Shown here: one piece after another, positions 1-7,152 of the stretch
Numbering within the stretch: the first letter of the stretch is position 1
Layout of the letters: the number at the start of each line of letters is the position of its first letter
Source of the DNA: a virus
Taxonomy: Duplodnaviria > Caudoviricetes
Length of the DNA stretch: 42,002 nt
IMG/VR virus record: IMGVR_UViG_3300020148_000037
Location: 1-42,002 of that record
Reading direction: 5' to 3' (one strand)
Notes under the pieces: model-generated
Seen by the model: only the letters and a program-made list of their open reading frames with translations
The model's database searches: none
What the model was told of the DNA's origin: nothing
Translations under genes and position numbers: made by a program

Positions 1-1331
1 GCCGCGTCCTTTCGGACCTGCGGCGCCATCAGTAGGCGGGCCAGAGAGCCGATGCCGTCATGGCGCAGATCAACGGCAAGGCCAGCGGCGCCCACGGTCA
101 CGCGCGCCACCAGAAGCTGGACGATTCGCGCCTGCTCGGCCGGAAACAGCGACGCCCACAAAGCATCGAACTCACCGAGCGCGGCAATGACTGCCTTCTC
201 GTCGACGTCCGGCATGTCGGCTTGCAGGGCGGCGAGTGCCCGCGCCCTGACCTCAGGCGTGGCGATCATGCGGTGGATTTCGCCGATGACGGCATTCTCG
301 ACCATGCCGGCGGGAAGGCGCTGCGGCCCAGCGGCATCGACCGCGCGGTTCCGGATCAGATCCATCGAGGTGTAGTAGCGATAGAGCTTGGCTCCCTTCT
401 TCGTCGCCGTCGGCGTCATCGCCGTGCCGGTATCGGTGAAGATCAGCCCCCTGAGCAGTGCCGGCGTCTGCGAGCGCGTATTGGCGGCACGCTTGCGGGG
501 ACTCTCCTGCAGGATGGCATGGACCTTGTCCCACAGCGCGCGTTCGACGATCGGCTCATGCTCACCGGGATAGCTCGTGCCCTTGTGCACCGCCTCGCCA
601 ATATAGACCCGGTTGTTGAGGAGCTTGTAGAGAAAGCCCTTGTCAATCGGCTTGCCGCGCCGCGTGCGCACGCCCTCGGCGGCAAGGGTTCTGGCCAGCA
701 CCGTGGCCGAGCCGATGGTGGCAAAACGCTCGAAGATCATGCGGACCGTGGCGGCTTCGGTTGTCTCGATCAGCAGCTTGCGGTTCTCGACCCGATAGCC
801 GAGCGGCACGAAGCCGCCCATCCACATACCCCGCTTGCGCGAGGCGGCAATCTTGTCGCGGATGCGCTCGCCGATCACCTCCCGCTCGAACTGGGCGAAG
901 CTGAGCAGGATATTCAGAGTCAGCCGCCCCATCGACGTGGTGGTGTTGAACGACTGGGTCACCGACACGAAGGTGACGTTGTTCCGGTCGAAGATTTCCA
1001 CCAGCCTGGCGAAATCCATCAGCGAGCGCGACAGGCGGTCGATCTTGTAGACCACGATCACGTCGATCAGCCCGGCTTCCACATCGGCCAGCAACCGCTG
1101 CAAGGCGGGCCGCTCCAGCGTGCCGCCGGAATGACCGCCATCATCATAGCGTTCGCGGATGGCGGCAAAACCTTCCGAGCGCTGGCTGGCGATATAGGCC
1201 TCGCAGGATTCGCGCTGGGCATCGAGCGAGTTGAATTCCATGTCGAGCCCTTCCTCGCTCGATTTGCGGGTGTAGATGGCGCAACGCAAACGGCGCTGAA
1301 CGGGAGCGGCAGTTTCCTGATGATGGCTCAT
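1..1331 (-). CDS. Large serine recombinase/integrase (stop codon lies beyond the left edge)
   Basis: Not in the ORF track. Manual translation from ATG 1331: MSHHQETAAPVQRRLRCAIYTRKSSEEGLDMEFNSLDAQR...YDDGGHSGGTLERPALQRLL...VVYKIDRLSRS...SFAQFEREVIGERIRDKIAASRKRGMWMGG. Catalytic YxRxS and DRLSR motifs; ATGA overlap with the upstream gene. Confidence 0.95.
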   Translation of the reverse strand, partial: MSHHQETAAPVQRRLRCAIYTRKSSEEGLDMEFNSLDAQRESCEAYIASQRSEGFAAIRERYDDGGHSGGTLERPALQRLLADVEAGLIDVIVVYKIDRLSRSLMDFARLVEIFDRNNVTFVSVTQSFNTTTSMGRLTLNILLSFAQFEREVIGERIRDKIAASRKRGMWMGGFVPLGYRVENRKLLIETTEAATVRMIFERFATIGSATVLARTLAAEGVRTRRGKPIDKGFLYKLLNNRVYIGEAVHKGTSYPGEHEPIVERALWDKVHAILQESPRKRAANTRSQTPALLRGLIFTDTGTAMTPTATKKGAKLYRYYTSMDLIRNRAVDAAGPQRLPAGMVENAVIGEIHRMIATPEVRARALAALQADMPDVDEKAVIAALGEFDALWASLFPAEQARIVQLLVARVTVGAAGLAVDLRHDGIGSLARLLMAPQVRKDA

Positions 1332-1840
1332 CGGTCGTCCCTCCTCGCTTCGCGGAGGCCGAAGAAGCGGTAGCCGTTCCATTGCGTGCCGGTGATCGCC
1401 CGGGCGGCCGCCGACAGCGATTTGAAACGCTGACCCTGCCACTCGAAGCCGTCGCGCAACACGGTGACGGTGTGCTCGATGCCGTCCCATTCGCGGACCA
1501 GCCGGGTGCCGACGATTGGATTGCGGCTATCTGCGATGATCGCCTTGCGGTCGGACTTGCCGTCGACCTCGTCGGCCAGCAGATCCAGCATCTTGCGGGT
1601 TTCGCGGGAAAGCCCGCCAAGGGCCAGTTCCTGGATGCGCCAGGCCAGCCGCATTTCGAGATAACCGCGGCTGTTGTTCGGCGCCGGGCTGGCGAACAGG
1701 GCCTCCCACTCGGCTTTCAGCTCCCTGACCGACATGCGCTTCAGTGCCGCCAGCCTGGCCAGCACCGGGGTGTTTTCCGCGGCGTTCTCATGCTGCTGGT
1801 TGTGTTTCGGCCCAGCCCGTTTCGTCGTTTCCGACATCAT
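1328..1840 (-). CDS. DUF2924-like protein (recombinase-associated)
   Basis: LAWRIQELALGGL and GTRLVREWDGIEHTVTV...F.WQGQRFKSLSAAARAITGTQWNGYRFFGL signature; ATGA-coupled on both sides. Confidence 0.88.
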   Translation of the reverse strand: MMSETTKRAGPKHNQQHENAAENTPVLARLAALKRMSVRELKAEWEALFASPAPNNSRGYLEMRLAWRIQELALGGLSRETRKMLDLLADEVDGKSDRKAIIADSRNPIVGTRLVREWDGIEHTVTVLRDGFEWQGQRFKSLSAAARAITGTQWNGYRFFGLREARRDDR

Positions 1841-2061
1841 TGCCCTCCAACTCGGTTGATCGGTTTGCGACGACCAACACGGCGCTTGAGGGCCAGGATG
1901 TCGAATGAACTGTCTCTGCCAGCGGCAGATAAAGAACTGGACTGTTCCGACAGGATACGCCTCACCCCGGCAGCCAGGATCCGGCCCACCTCGGCAAGCC
2001 GCTCATCGGCGCTCATGCGCTCGGGCGACAGGGGGTTCGGGGCGGAGGATACGTTGTGCAT
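1837..2061 (-). CDS. Small hypothetical protein upstream of DUF2924 (74 aa)
   Basis: MHNVSSAPNPLSPERMSADERLAEVGRILAAG...; stop codon overlaps the DUF2924 start (ATGA). Confidence 0.65.
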   Translation of the reverse strand: MHNVSSAPNPLSPERMSADERLAEVGRILAAGVRRILSEQSSSLSAAGRDSSFDILALKRRVGRRKPINRVGGQ

Positions 2062-2064
2062 GAG

Positions 2065-2097
2065 ACCGTTCGCAATCAATCCTGACCAGCGAACGGT
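2065..2097. repeat. Perfect 9-bp inverted repeat upstream of the recombinase operon (possible operator)
   Basis: ACCGTTCGC (2065-2073) ... GCGAACGGT (2089-2097), next to an AT-rich divergent intergenic stretch. Confidence 0.55.
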
Positions 2098-2238
2098 ATG
2101 CACAAATCATGGAAACACAAGCACAATCAATTGCTTATCATGTTCGTGCGTAATCATGAGTACTGGATGGCGCTGGTTCAGCGGCGGTTCAGATTGCCCG
2201 ACCTACGCTGCCCACATCTTATGGCTCGGGAGGAACAC

Positions 2239-2535
2239 ATGAAGCGCGTCGTACAAGTCACTGCCATGCTGGCAGCCCTCATTGCCACCGCCACTACGGC
2301 ATCGGCCTACCGGATTGAGAAAGTGCAGGCATCCTCGCCGTCCCTTGGTAAGCACTATCTCTATTCCTGCATCTGCGACAACGGAAACCGCATCATCTCG
2401 TATTCAACAAGCCCCATCAACGGCAACGACTGCCTCACGGCCTGTTACCATGCCGGTTCCGGATATGGTGGGCCGCAGACGCCGCCCGTGAAGTCCCTCC
2501 CTGCCACCACGCGCAACGTCGACAAGGTGCAGTAG
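2239..2535 (+). CDS. Small secreted cysteine-containing protein (98 aa)
   Basis: GGGAGGA RBS before ATG 2239; Sec-type signal MKRVVQVTAMLAALIATATTASA; mature part has CxC and CxxxC. Confidence 0.7.
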   Translation: MKRVVQVTAMLAALIATATTASAYRIEKVQASSPSLGKHYLYSCICDNGNRIISYSTSPINGNDCLTACYHAGSGYGGPQTPPVKSLPATTRNVDKVQ

Positions 2536-2566
2536 GGCGATAACGTTACGCGGTGGCACGGCCTGC

Positions 2567-3289
2567 TCAGTGGTGCGTTGCCGGCCGCACGTCCCTGTCG
2601 GTGTCCAGGCGCAGCGCCGTGCGCCACAGTGACGTCTTGGTGAACAGGCCATCATCGAATCGTCGCGCGCCCTCAACGCGATCCTCCCGCAACAGCCCCG
2701 TCCAGCATAGCGGACGCAGAACCTGAACATAGAGGTTGCTGAGGATCATATCGAAGCGTTCTGACTCGCCCTTTGGCCCATAGAGCGTGTGGCGCAGTTC
2801 CGTTGCGGTCGCGCCATTCTCGACCTCGACATTCAGCACATTGAGGAAGATGTCCCAATTGCCCGGCAATCGTTCCGGCCGCCGTGCAAATCGCAGGTGG
2901 TCCACTTCGAAGAGATAGAACGGCGTGATGATGCCGAACAGCCGGCCAGGATGACCAACCAGGGACTGGCCCGCCTTGGTCAGCGTGAACTGGCCCTTGG
3001 AGTGACGCCCGATCTTCAGGGCAATCATCAGGTCGTGCAGGTCCATCAGCGGACCGAAGTCGATCTCGTTCAGCACCTTGTTGATGGCGAAGAGGTCGGC
3101 CTCCAGATAGCCCGGCCATTCGAACTCGGCGGCCGCCCAGTGGACGAAGCTGCGTTTGAAGGCTTTTGATGGCGTCAGCGGGATCGCTCCGTGCTCGTAG
3201 ATATAGGCGAAGGTCTTTTCCATTGCCCGCACCATTGGCGAGTGCACGAGCGCCGGATCGTCATCGACCACTTCCTCGAACACGATCAA
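2567..3289 (-). CDS. Hypothetical protein (240 aa) immediately downstream of the repressor
   Basis: TTG start 2 nt after the repressor stop; globular, aromatic-rich protein-like composition. Confidence 0.75.
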   Translation of the reverse strand: MIVFEEVVDDDPALVHSPMVRAMEKTFAYIYEHGAIPLTPSKAFKRSFVHWAAAEFEWPGYLEADLFAINKVLNEIDFGPLMDLHDLMIALKIGRHSKGQFTLTKAGQSLVGHPGRLFGIITPFYLFEVDHLRFARRPERLPGNWDIFLNVLNVEVENGATATELRHTLYGPKGESERFDMILSNLYVQVLRPLCWTGLLREDRVEGARRFDDGLFTKTSLWRTALRLDTDRDVRPATHH

Positions 3290-3291
3290 GA

Positions 3292-3960
3292 TCAGATCTC
3301 CCGGCCGAACCAGCGGATGCGGCCGATGATCCTGATCTCTTCGGCGGTGCGCTCATAGGGGCTGTAGAAGGTGTTGTCCGAGATGATGCGCACCTGCGGC
3401 GGCTCCGAGTTCGGGATGTGCTCGAGGCGCTTGGCCACCAGTCCCATGCCGTCGAACAGCACGAAGATACCGGGCGGTGTCGGCATGCAGCGGGCAAGGT
3501 CGACGAGCACGACGTCGCCGTCGTGCAGGGTCGGCATCATGCTGTCGCCCTCCACATGCATGATGCGCAGGTTTGCCGGGTTGGCGCGCAGGCGATGCGT
3601 GATCCACGAGCTTTTGAAGTGGTAGGGCTCGCCGTTCTCCACCTCGTCCGCGACGAGCTTGCCGCCGCCCATCGATGCCGTCACCTCGACGGAAGGGATC
3701 GCCACAAACGGGTCCGCTTCTTCCTCCAGGGCAGGCTCATCCCCCTCGACCATGCCCTTGCCATGCAGGAGCCAGTTGCGATCGACCTTGATGATCGCCG
3801 CGACCTTGTCGAGCTTTTCCAGGTTCGGGCGCTCCGAGCGGCCGCGCATGATGTCGTAGACGAAGGACCTGTTGACACGCGCCTGCTCGGCCACCTCACG
3901 CGCATTCAGCCCCAGCTGTTCGGCTCGGGCTCTCAGTCTGTCGGCGATGGTGATGCTCAT
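3292..3960 (-). CDS. CI/LexA-like phage repressor (XRE HTH plus S24 peptidase)
   Basis: N-terminal HTH (LNAREVAEQARVNRSFVYDIMRG), VEGDSM catalytic Ser and VAKRL catalytic Lys; alternative start at 3975. Confidence 0.93.
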   Translation of the reverse strand: MSITIADRLRARAEQLGLNAREVAEQARVNRSFVYDIMRGRSERPNLEKLDKVAAIIKVDRNWLLHGKGMVEGDEPALEEEADPFVAIPSVEVTASMGGGKLVADEVENGEPYHFKSSWITHRLRANPANLRIMHVEGDSMMPTLHDGDVVLVDLARCMPTPPGIFVLFDGMGLVAKRLEHIPNSEPPQVRIISDNTFYSPYERTAEEIRIIGRIRWFGREI

Positions 3961-3974
3961 GGTTTCGTCCGGCA

Positions 3975-4040
3975 TGTGGATTTTGTGGATTAGAGAGGAT
4001 TGATTCATCCGCGTCAAGAGAATAGAACATAACAGGAACG
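3975..4040. promoter_or_regulatory. Divergent immunity promoters with an alphaproteobacterial LexA (SOS) box
   Basis: Rightward TTGATT(4000)-17-TAGAAC(4023); leftward TTGACG(4017)-17-TCTAAT; GAAC-ataacag-GAAC at 4025-4039; GGAT repeats at 3978, 3987, 3997. Confidence 0.72.
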
Positions 4041-4065
4041 AAAATCTGCGGGACGGGTGCGTGGG

Positions 4066-4755
4066 ATGGCGTCGATCGAGAAGGATTATTTCGCGCTGGA
4101 CGAGCTGGAGGAGCGATGGGAGGTGCCGCAGCGCGATCTGGCCTATCTCGCCGAAAACGGCCTGCTGAAGGTCTCCGTCCGCCTCTACGGGGCCCAGCTC
4201 GAACATGGCAGCTACGAGGAGATCGACGAAGGGCAGTGGTGCTCCATTCCCGAGAGCCAAGCCCCCTTTCACGGGCTTCAGGATCTGCGCACCCATGACG
4301 CCTACCGGCTGTTTCACGAGGGCGCGCTGCGGATCGATCGTTTCGAGGCTCCGAAGGATCGTTACTGCGTTGTGCTGCGGCCCGAGGATGGAATCCTGAT
4401 CCGGAAGGAAGAACTGGTCGTCCGACGAGAGGAGCGCGACCGCGCCGAAGCCAAGCACGGGCTGGCCGGTACGCGGCGGACATCCGAAATCGTCTTCGAG
4501 CAACGGCACGATTTCAGCGAGATCGTTCTCGGGGAGCGAACCTTCATGCTTGGCCAGATCCAGGCGCGGGTCGTGCGCATCCTTCATGAGGCGGCCATGC
4601 GCGGCGTTCCGTGGCAGCATGGCAAGGCGGTGCTGGCCGCAGCCGGCTCTTCCTGCACGCGCCTGTCGGACCTGTTCAAGACACAACCGGAATGGCGCAG
4701 ATTGATCCAGTCCGACCGGCGCGGCCGTTACCGGCTCAATATCCGGTTCTTCTGA
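4066..4755 (+). CDS. Putative transcriptional regulator (N-terminal HTH-like, C-terminal winged-helix-like) in the cro position
   Basis: YFALDELEERWEVPQRDLAYLAENG at the N-terminus and RLSDLFKTQPEWRRLIQSDRRGRYRL at the C-terminus; divergent from the repressor; function inferred. Confidence 0.75.
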   Translation: MASIEKDYFALDELEERWEVPQRDLAYLAENGLLKVSVRLYGAQLEHGSYEEIDEGQWCSIPESQAPFHGLQDLRTHDAYRLFHEGALRIDRFEAPKDRYCVVLRPEDGILIRKEELVVRREERDRAEAKHGLAGTRRTSEIVFEQRHDFSEIVLGERTFMLGQIQARVVRILHEAAMRGVPWQHGKAVLAAAGSSCTRLSDLFKTQPEWRRLIQSDRRGRYRLNIRFF

Positions 4756-4769
4756 TCCCCCTCCCTCAC

Positions 4770-4791
4770 GCCCGGTTCCGCCGGGCTTTTT
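4770..4791 (+). terminator. Intrinsic terminator
   Basis: GCCCGG-ttccg-CCGGGC followed by TTTTT. Confidence 0.75.
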
Positions 4792-4810
4792 CGTATTTCC
4801 ATGCCGGCGC

Positions 4811-4923
4811 ATCCCCCTGCCATCCCCTTGTCCATCCCCCTTCATGCGCAAGAAACGGTGATTCTGATCCCCTGACGATCCACTTTCCATCCCGACGACA
4901 CCGTTCTGATCCTCCGCCATCCT
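4811..4923 (+). repeat. Phased ATCC(C) direct repeats upstream of the early operon
   Basis: ATCC at 4811, 4822, 4834, 4867, 4878, 4889, 4909, 4919 (spacings 11, 12, 33, 11, 11, 20, 10). Confidence 0.7.
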
Positions 4924-4959
4924 CTCCGCAGGTTTTCTCAAGGACCCAAGGAGAACGAG

Positions 4960-5169
4960 ATGGCTACCAGACACCTCTCCCAGATCGAGCTGGCTGCTCG
5001 CTGGAACATTTCGCATCGCACGCTGGAACGCTGGCGCTGGACGGGTGAAGGCCCGCAATACGTCAAGCTCGGCGGCCGCGTCGTCTATCGCCTCGAGGAT
5101 GTCGAAGCCTACGAGGCCGAGCAGATCCGCCAGAGCACCGCCGGCCACCGCCATCAGGCTACGGCGTGA
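4960..5169 (+). CDS. Excisionase/AlpA-like HTH DNA-binding protein
   Basis: LSQIELAARWNISHRTLERWRWTGEGPQYVKLGGRVVYRLEDV; AAGGAG RBS. Confidence 0.88.
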   Translation: MATRHLSQIELAARWNISHRTLERWRWTGEGPQYVKLGGRVVYRLEDVEAYEAEQIRQSTAGHRHQATA

Positions 5170-5179
5170 GGGTGCGGTG

Positions 5180-5665
5180 ATGACGATCCCCAACCACATC
5201 ACCCTCGATGATCTGCGCAAGATGCAGATCGGAGAGATCGTCGCCCTGCCGGCCGAACAGCTCGCCCTCCTGCAGGAGGCGACCGACGCGAACGTCCGCA
5301 GCGCAAGGGCAATCAGCGACTGGCTCGAAAGCGCCATCGCGCTCAAATACACCGACCGCGCCGTGATGGCGCGCATGGAGGCGAGCAAGGACACCGGAAC
5401 CGTCCGCTTCGACGACGGCGCGGTTACCGTGATTGCCGACCTGCCCAAGCGCGTCGATTGGGACCAGGCACAGCTGGCACAGCTGGTGGAGCGCATCAGT
5501 GCCGCCGGAGACGATCCCACCGAATATGTCGACGTCAGCTTCAAGGTAGCCGAGCGCAAATACGCCGCCTGGCCCGAGTCGATCCGCCAGACCTTCGAGC
5601 CCGCCCGTACCGTCAGGACCGGCGCGCTCAAGGTAAAGCTCGAGCTGAACGGGGGTGCGCAATGA
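5180..5665 (+). CDS. Phage hypothetical protein (early operon)
   Basis: MTIPNHITLDDL... 161 aa; ATGA-coupled to the next gene. Confidence 0.8.
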   Translation: MTIPNHITLDDLRKMQIGEIVALPAEQLALLQEATDANVRSARAISDWLESAIALKYTDRAVMARMEASKDTGTVRFDDGAVTVIADLPKRVDWDQAQLAQLVERISAAGDDPTEYVDVSFKVAERKYAAWPESIRQTFEPARTVRTGALKVKLELNGGAQ

Positions 5666-6537
5666 CGGCCGCACTCCCCATCATCTCGGCCGATCAGCGT
5701 CTGGCAGCGCCGCGCAGCATCAAGGGCTGCATCTTCGGCAAATCCGGCATCGGCAAGACCTCGCTGCTGTGGACGCTCGACCCGGCCACCACGCTGTTCA
5801 TGGATCTGGAAGCCGGCGACCTTGCCATCGAGGGCTGGGCCGGTGACACGATCCGCCCCCGGACCTGGGATGAGTGCCGCGATTTTGCGGTGTTCATCGG
5901 TGGCCCCAACCCGGCGCTGCGCGACGACCAACCCTATAGCCAGGCGCATTTCGACGCTGTCGTCGCACGTCTCGGCGATCCGGCTCAGCTCGACCGCTAC
6001 GGCACGGTCTTCATCGACTCGATCACGGTGGCTGGGCGGCTCTGCTTCCAGTGGACCAAGGGCCAGCCGGAGGCATTCTCCGACAAGACCGGCAAGCCCG
6101 ATATTCGTGGCGCCTATGGCCTGCATGGCCGCGAGATGATCGCCTGGCTGACCCACCTGCAGCACACGCGCTCGAAGAATATCTGGTTTGTCGGCATCCT
6201 CGACGAGAAGCTCGACGACTTCAATCGCAAGCTGTTCGTCCCGCAGATCGACGGCTCGAAGACCGGCCTCGAACTGCCCGGCATCGTCGATGAAGTCATC
6301 AGCATGGTCGAGCTGAAGGACGAGGACGGCGCACCCTATCGCGCCTTCGTCTGTCAGACGCTCAATCCCTTCGGCTTTCCGGCCAAGGACCGCTCCGGCC
6401 GGCTCGACATGGTCGAACGGCCCGATCTCGGGCGGCTGATGAACAAGATCCGCAACGCGGAGCGCCAGACTTTCGCGGCCGTATCGACTGCCTCCCCCCA
6501 AACATCCTCCACCCCAATCCAGGAACAAGGAGCCTGA
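5662..6537 (+). CDS. AAA_24 / Sak4-like P-loop ATPase (single-strand annealing protein)
   Basis: Walker A GKSGIGKT, VFIDSIT Walker B, C-terminal AKDRSG; precedes an SSB-like gene. Confidence 0.85.
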   Translation: MTAALPIISADQRLAAPRSIKGCIFGKSGIGKTSLLWTLDPATTLFMDLEAGDLAIEGWAGDTIRPRTWDECRDFAVFIGGPNPALRDDQPYSQAHFDAVVARLGDPAQLDRYGTVFIDSITVAGRLCFQWTKGQPEAFSDKTGKPDIRGAYGLHGREMIAWLTHLQHTRSKNIWFVGILDEKLDDFNRKLFVPQIDGSKTGLELPGIVDEVISMVELKDEDGAPYRAFVCQTLNPFGFPAKDRSGRLDMVERPDLGRLMNKIRNAERQTFAAVSTASPQTSSTPIQEQGA

Positions 6538-6540
6538 CCC

Positions 6541-7137
6541 ATGTCGGCATGGAACGATTTCAACGACGCGCAGACCAACACCAACCTCATCCCCAAGGGC
6601 ACGCTCGCCAAGGTGCGGCTGAGCATTCGCCCCGGCGGCTTCGACGATCCTTCGCAGGGCTGGACCGGCGGCTACGCCACGCGCGGCTCGACCGGCGCGG
6701 TCTATCTCAATGGTGAGTTTACGGTGCTCGAGGGCCCATATGCACGCCGCAAGATCTTCACCCTGATCGGGCTCTACAGCCCCAAGGGTCCGGAATGGGC
6801 CAATATGGGGCGCGGCCTGATCCGCGGCATGCTCAATTCGGCCCGCGGCCTTTCCGACAAGGATCAGAGCGAAGCGGCCCAGGCTGCGCGCCGCATCTCC
6901 GGCTTTGCCGATCTCGACGGGCTGGAGTTCGTCGCCCGTATCGACGTCAGTACCGACACCAATGGCGACGACAAGAACGAGGTCCGTTCCGCCGTCACCG
7001 CCAGCCACAAGGACTACGCCGCCATCATGGGGATGGTCACGGCGACGCCGCAGGCCAACGCTGCGCAGGGCAATGCCTATGCCGCGGCCAGGCAGCATGG
7101 CGCAACACCGTCGTCGCGCCCCTCCTGGGCACAATAG
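6541..7137 (+). CDS. Putative phage single-stranded DNA-binding protein
   Basis: LIPKGT...YLNGEFTVLEGPYARRKIF pattern, low-complexity tail ending PSWAQ; position after the Sak4-like gene. Confidence 0.7.
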   Translation: MSAWNDFNDAQTNTNLIPKGTLAKVRLSIRPGGFDDPSQGWTGGYATRGSTGAVYLNGEFTVLEGPYARRKIFTLIGLYSPKGPEWANMGRGLIRGMLNSARGLSDKDQSEAAQAARRISGFADLDGLEFVARIDVSTDTNGDDKNEVRSAVTASHKDYAAIMGMVTATPQANAAQGNAYAAARQHGATPSSRPSWAQ

Positions 7138-7152
7138 CGCGAGGGTCCGACC

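Noticed and set aside
60-1373. 437-aa plus-strand ORF
   Set aside because: Antisense shadow of the serine recombinase, which the ORF track missed because its stop is outside the window
2098-2238. N-terminal extension of the secreted protein (ORF track start 2098)
   Set aside because: RBS and signal peptide fit ATG 2239; the upstream part is AT-rich promoter-like sequence
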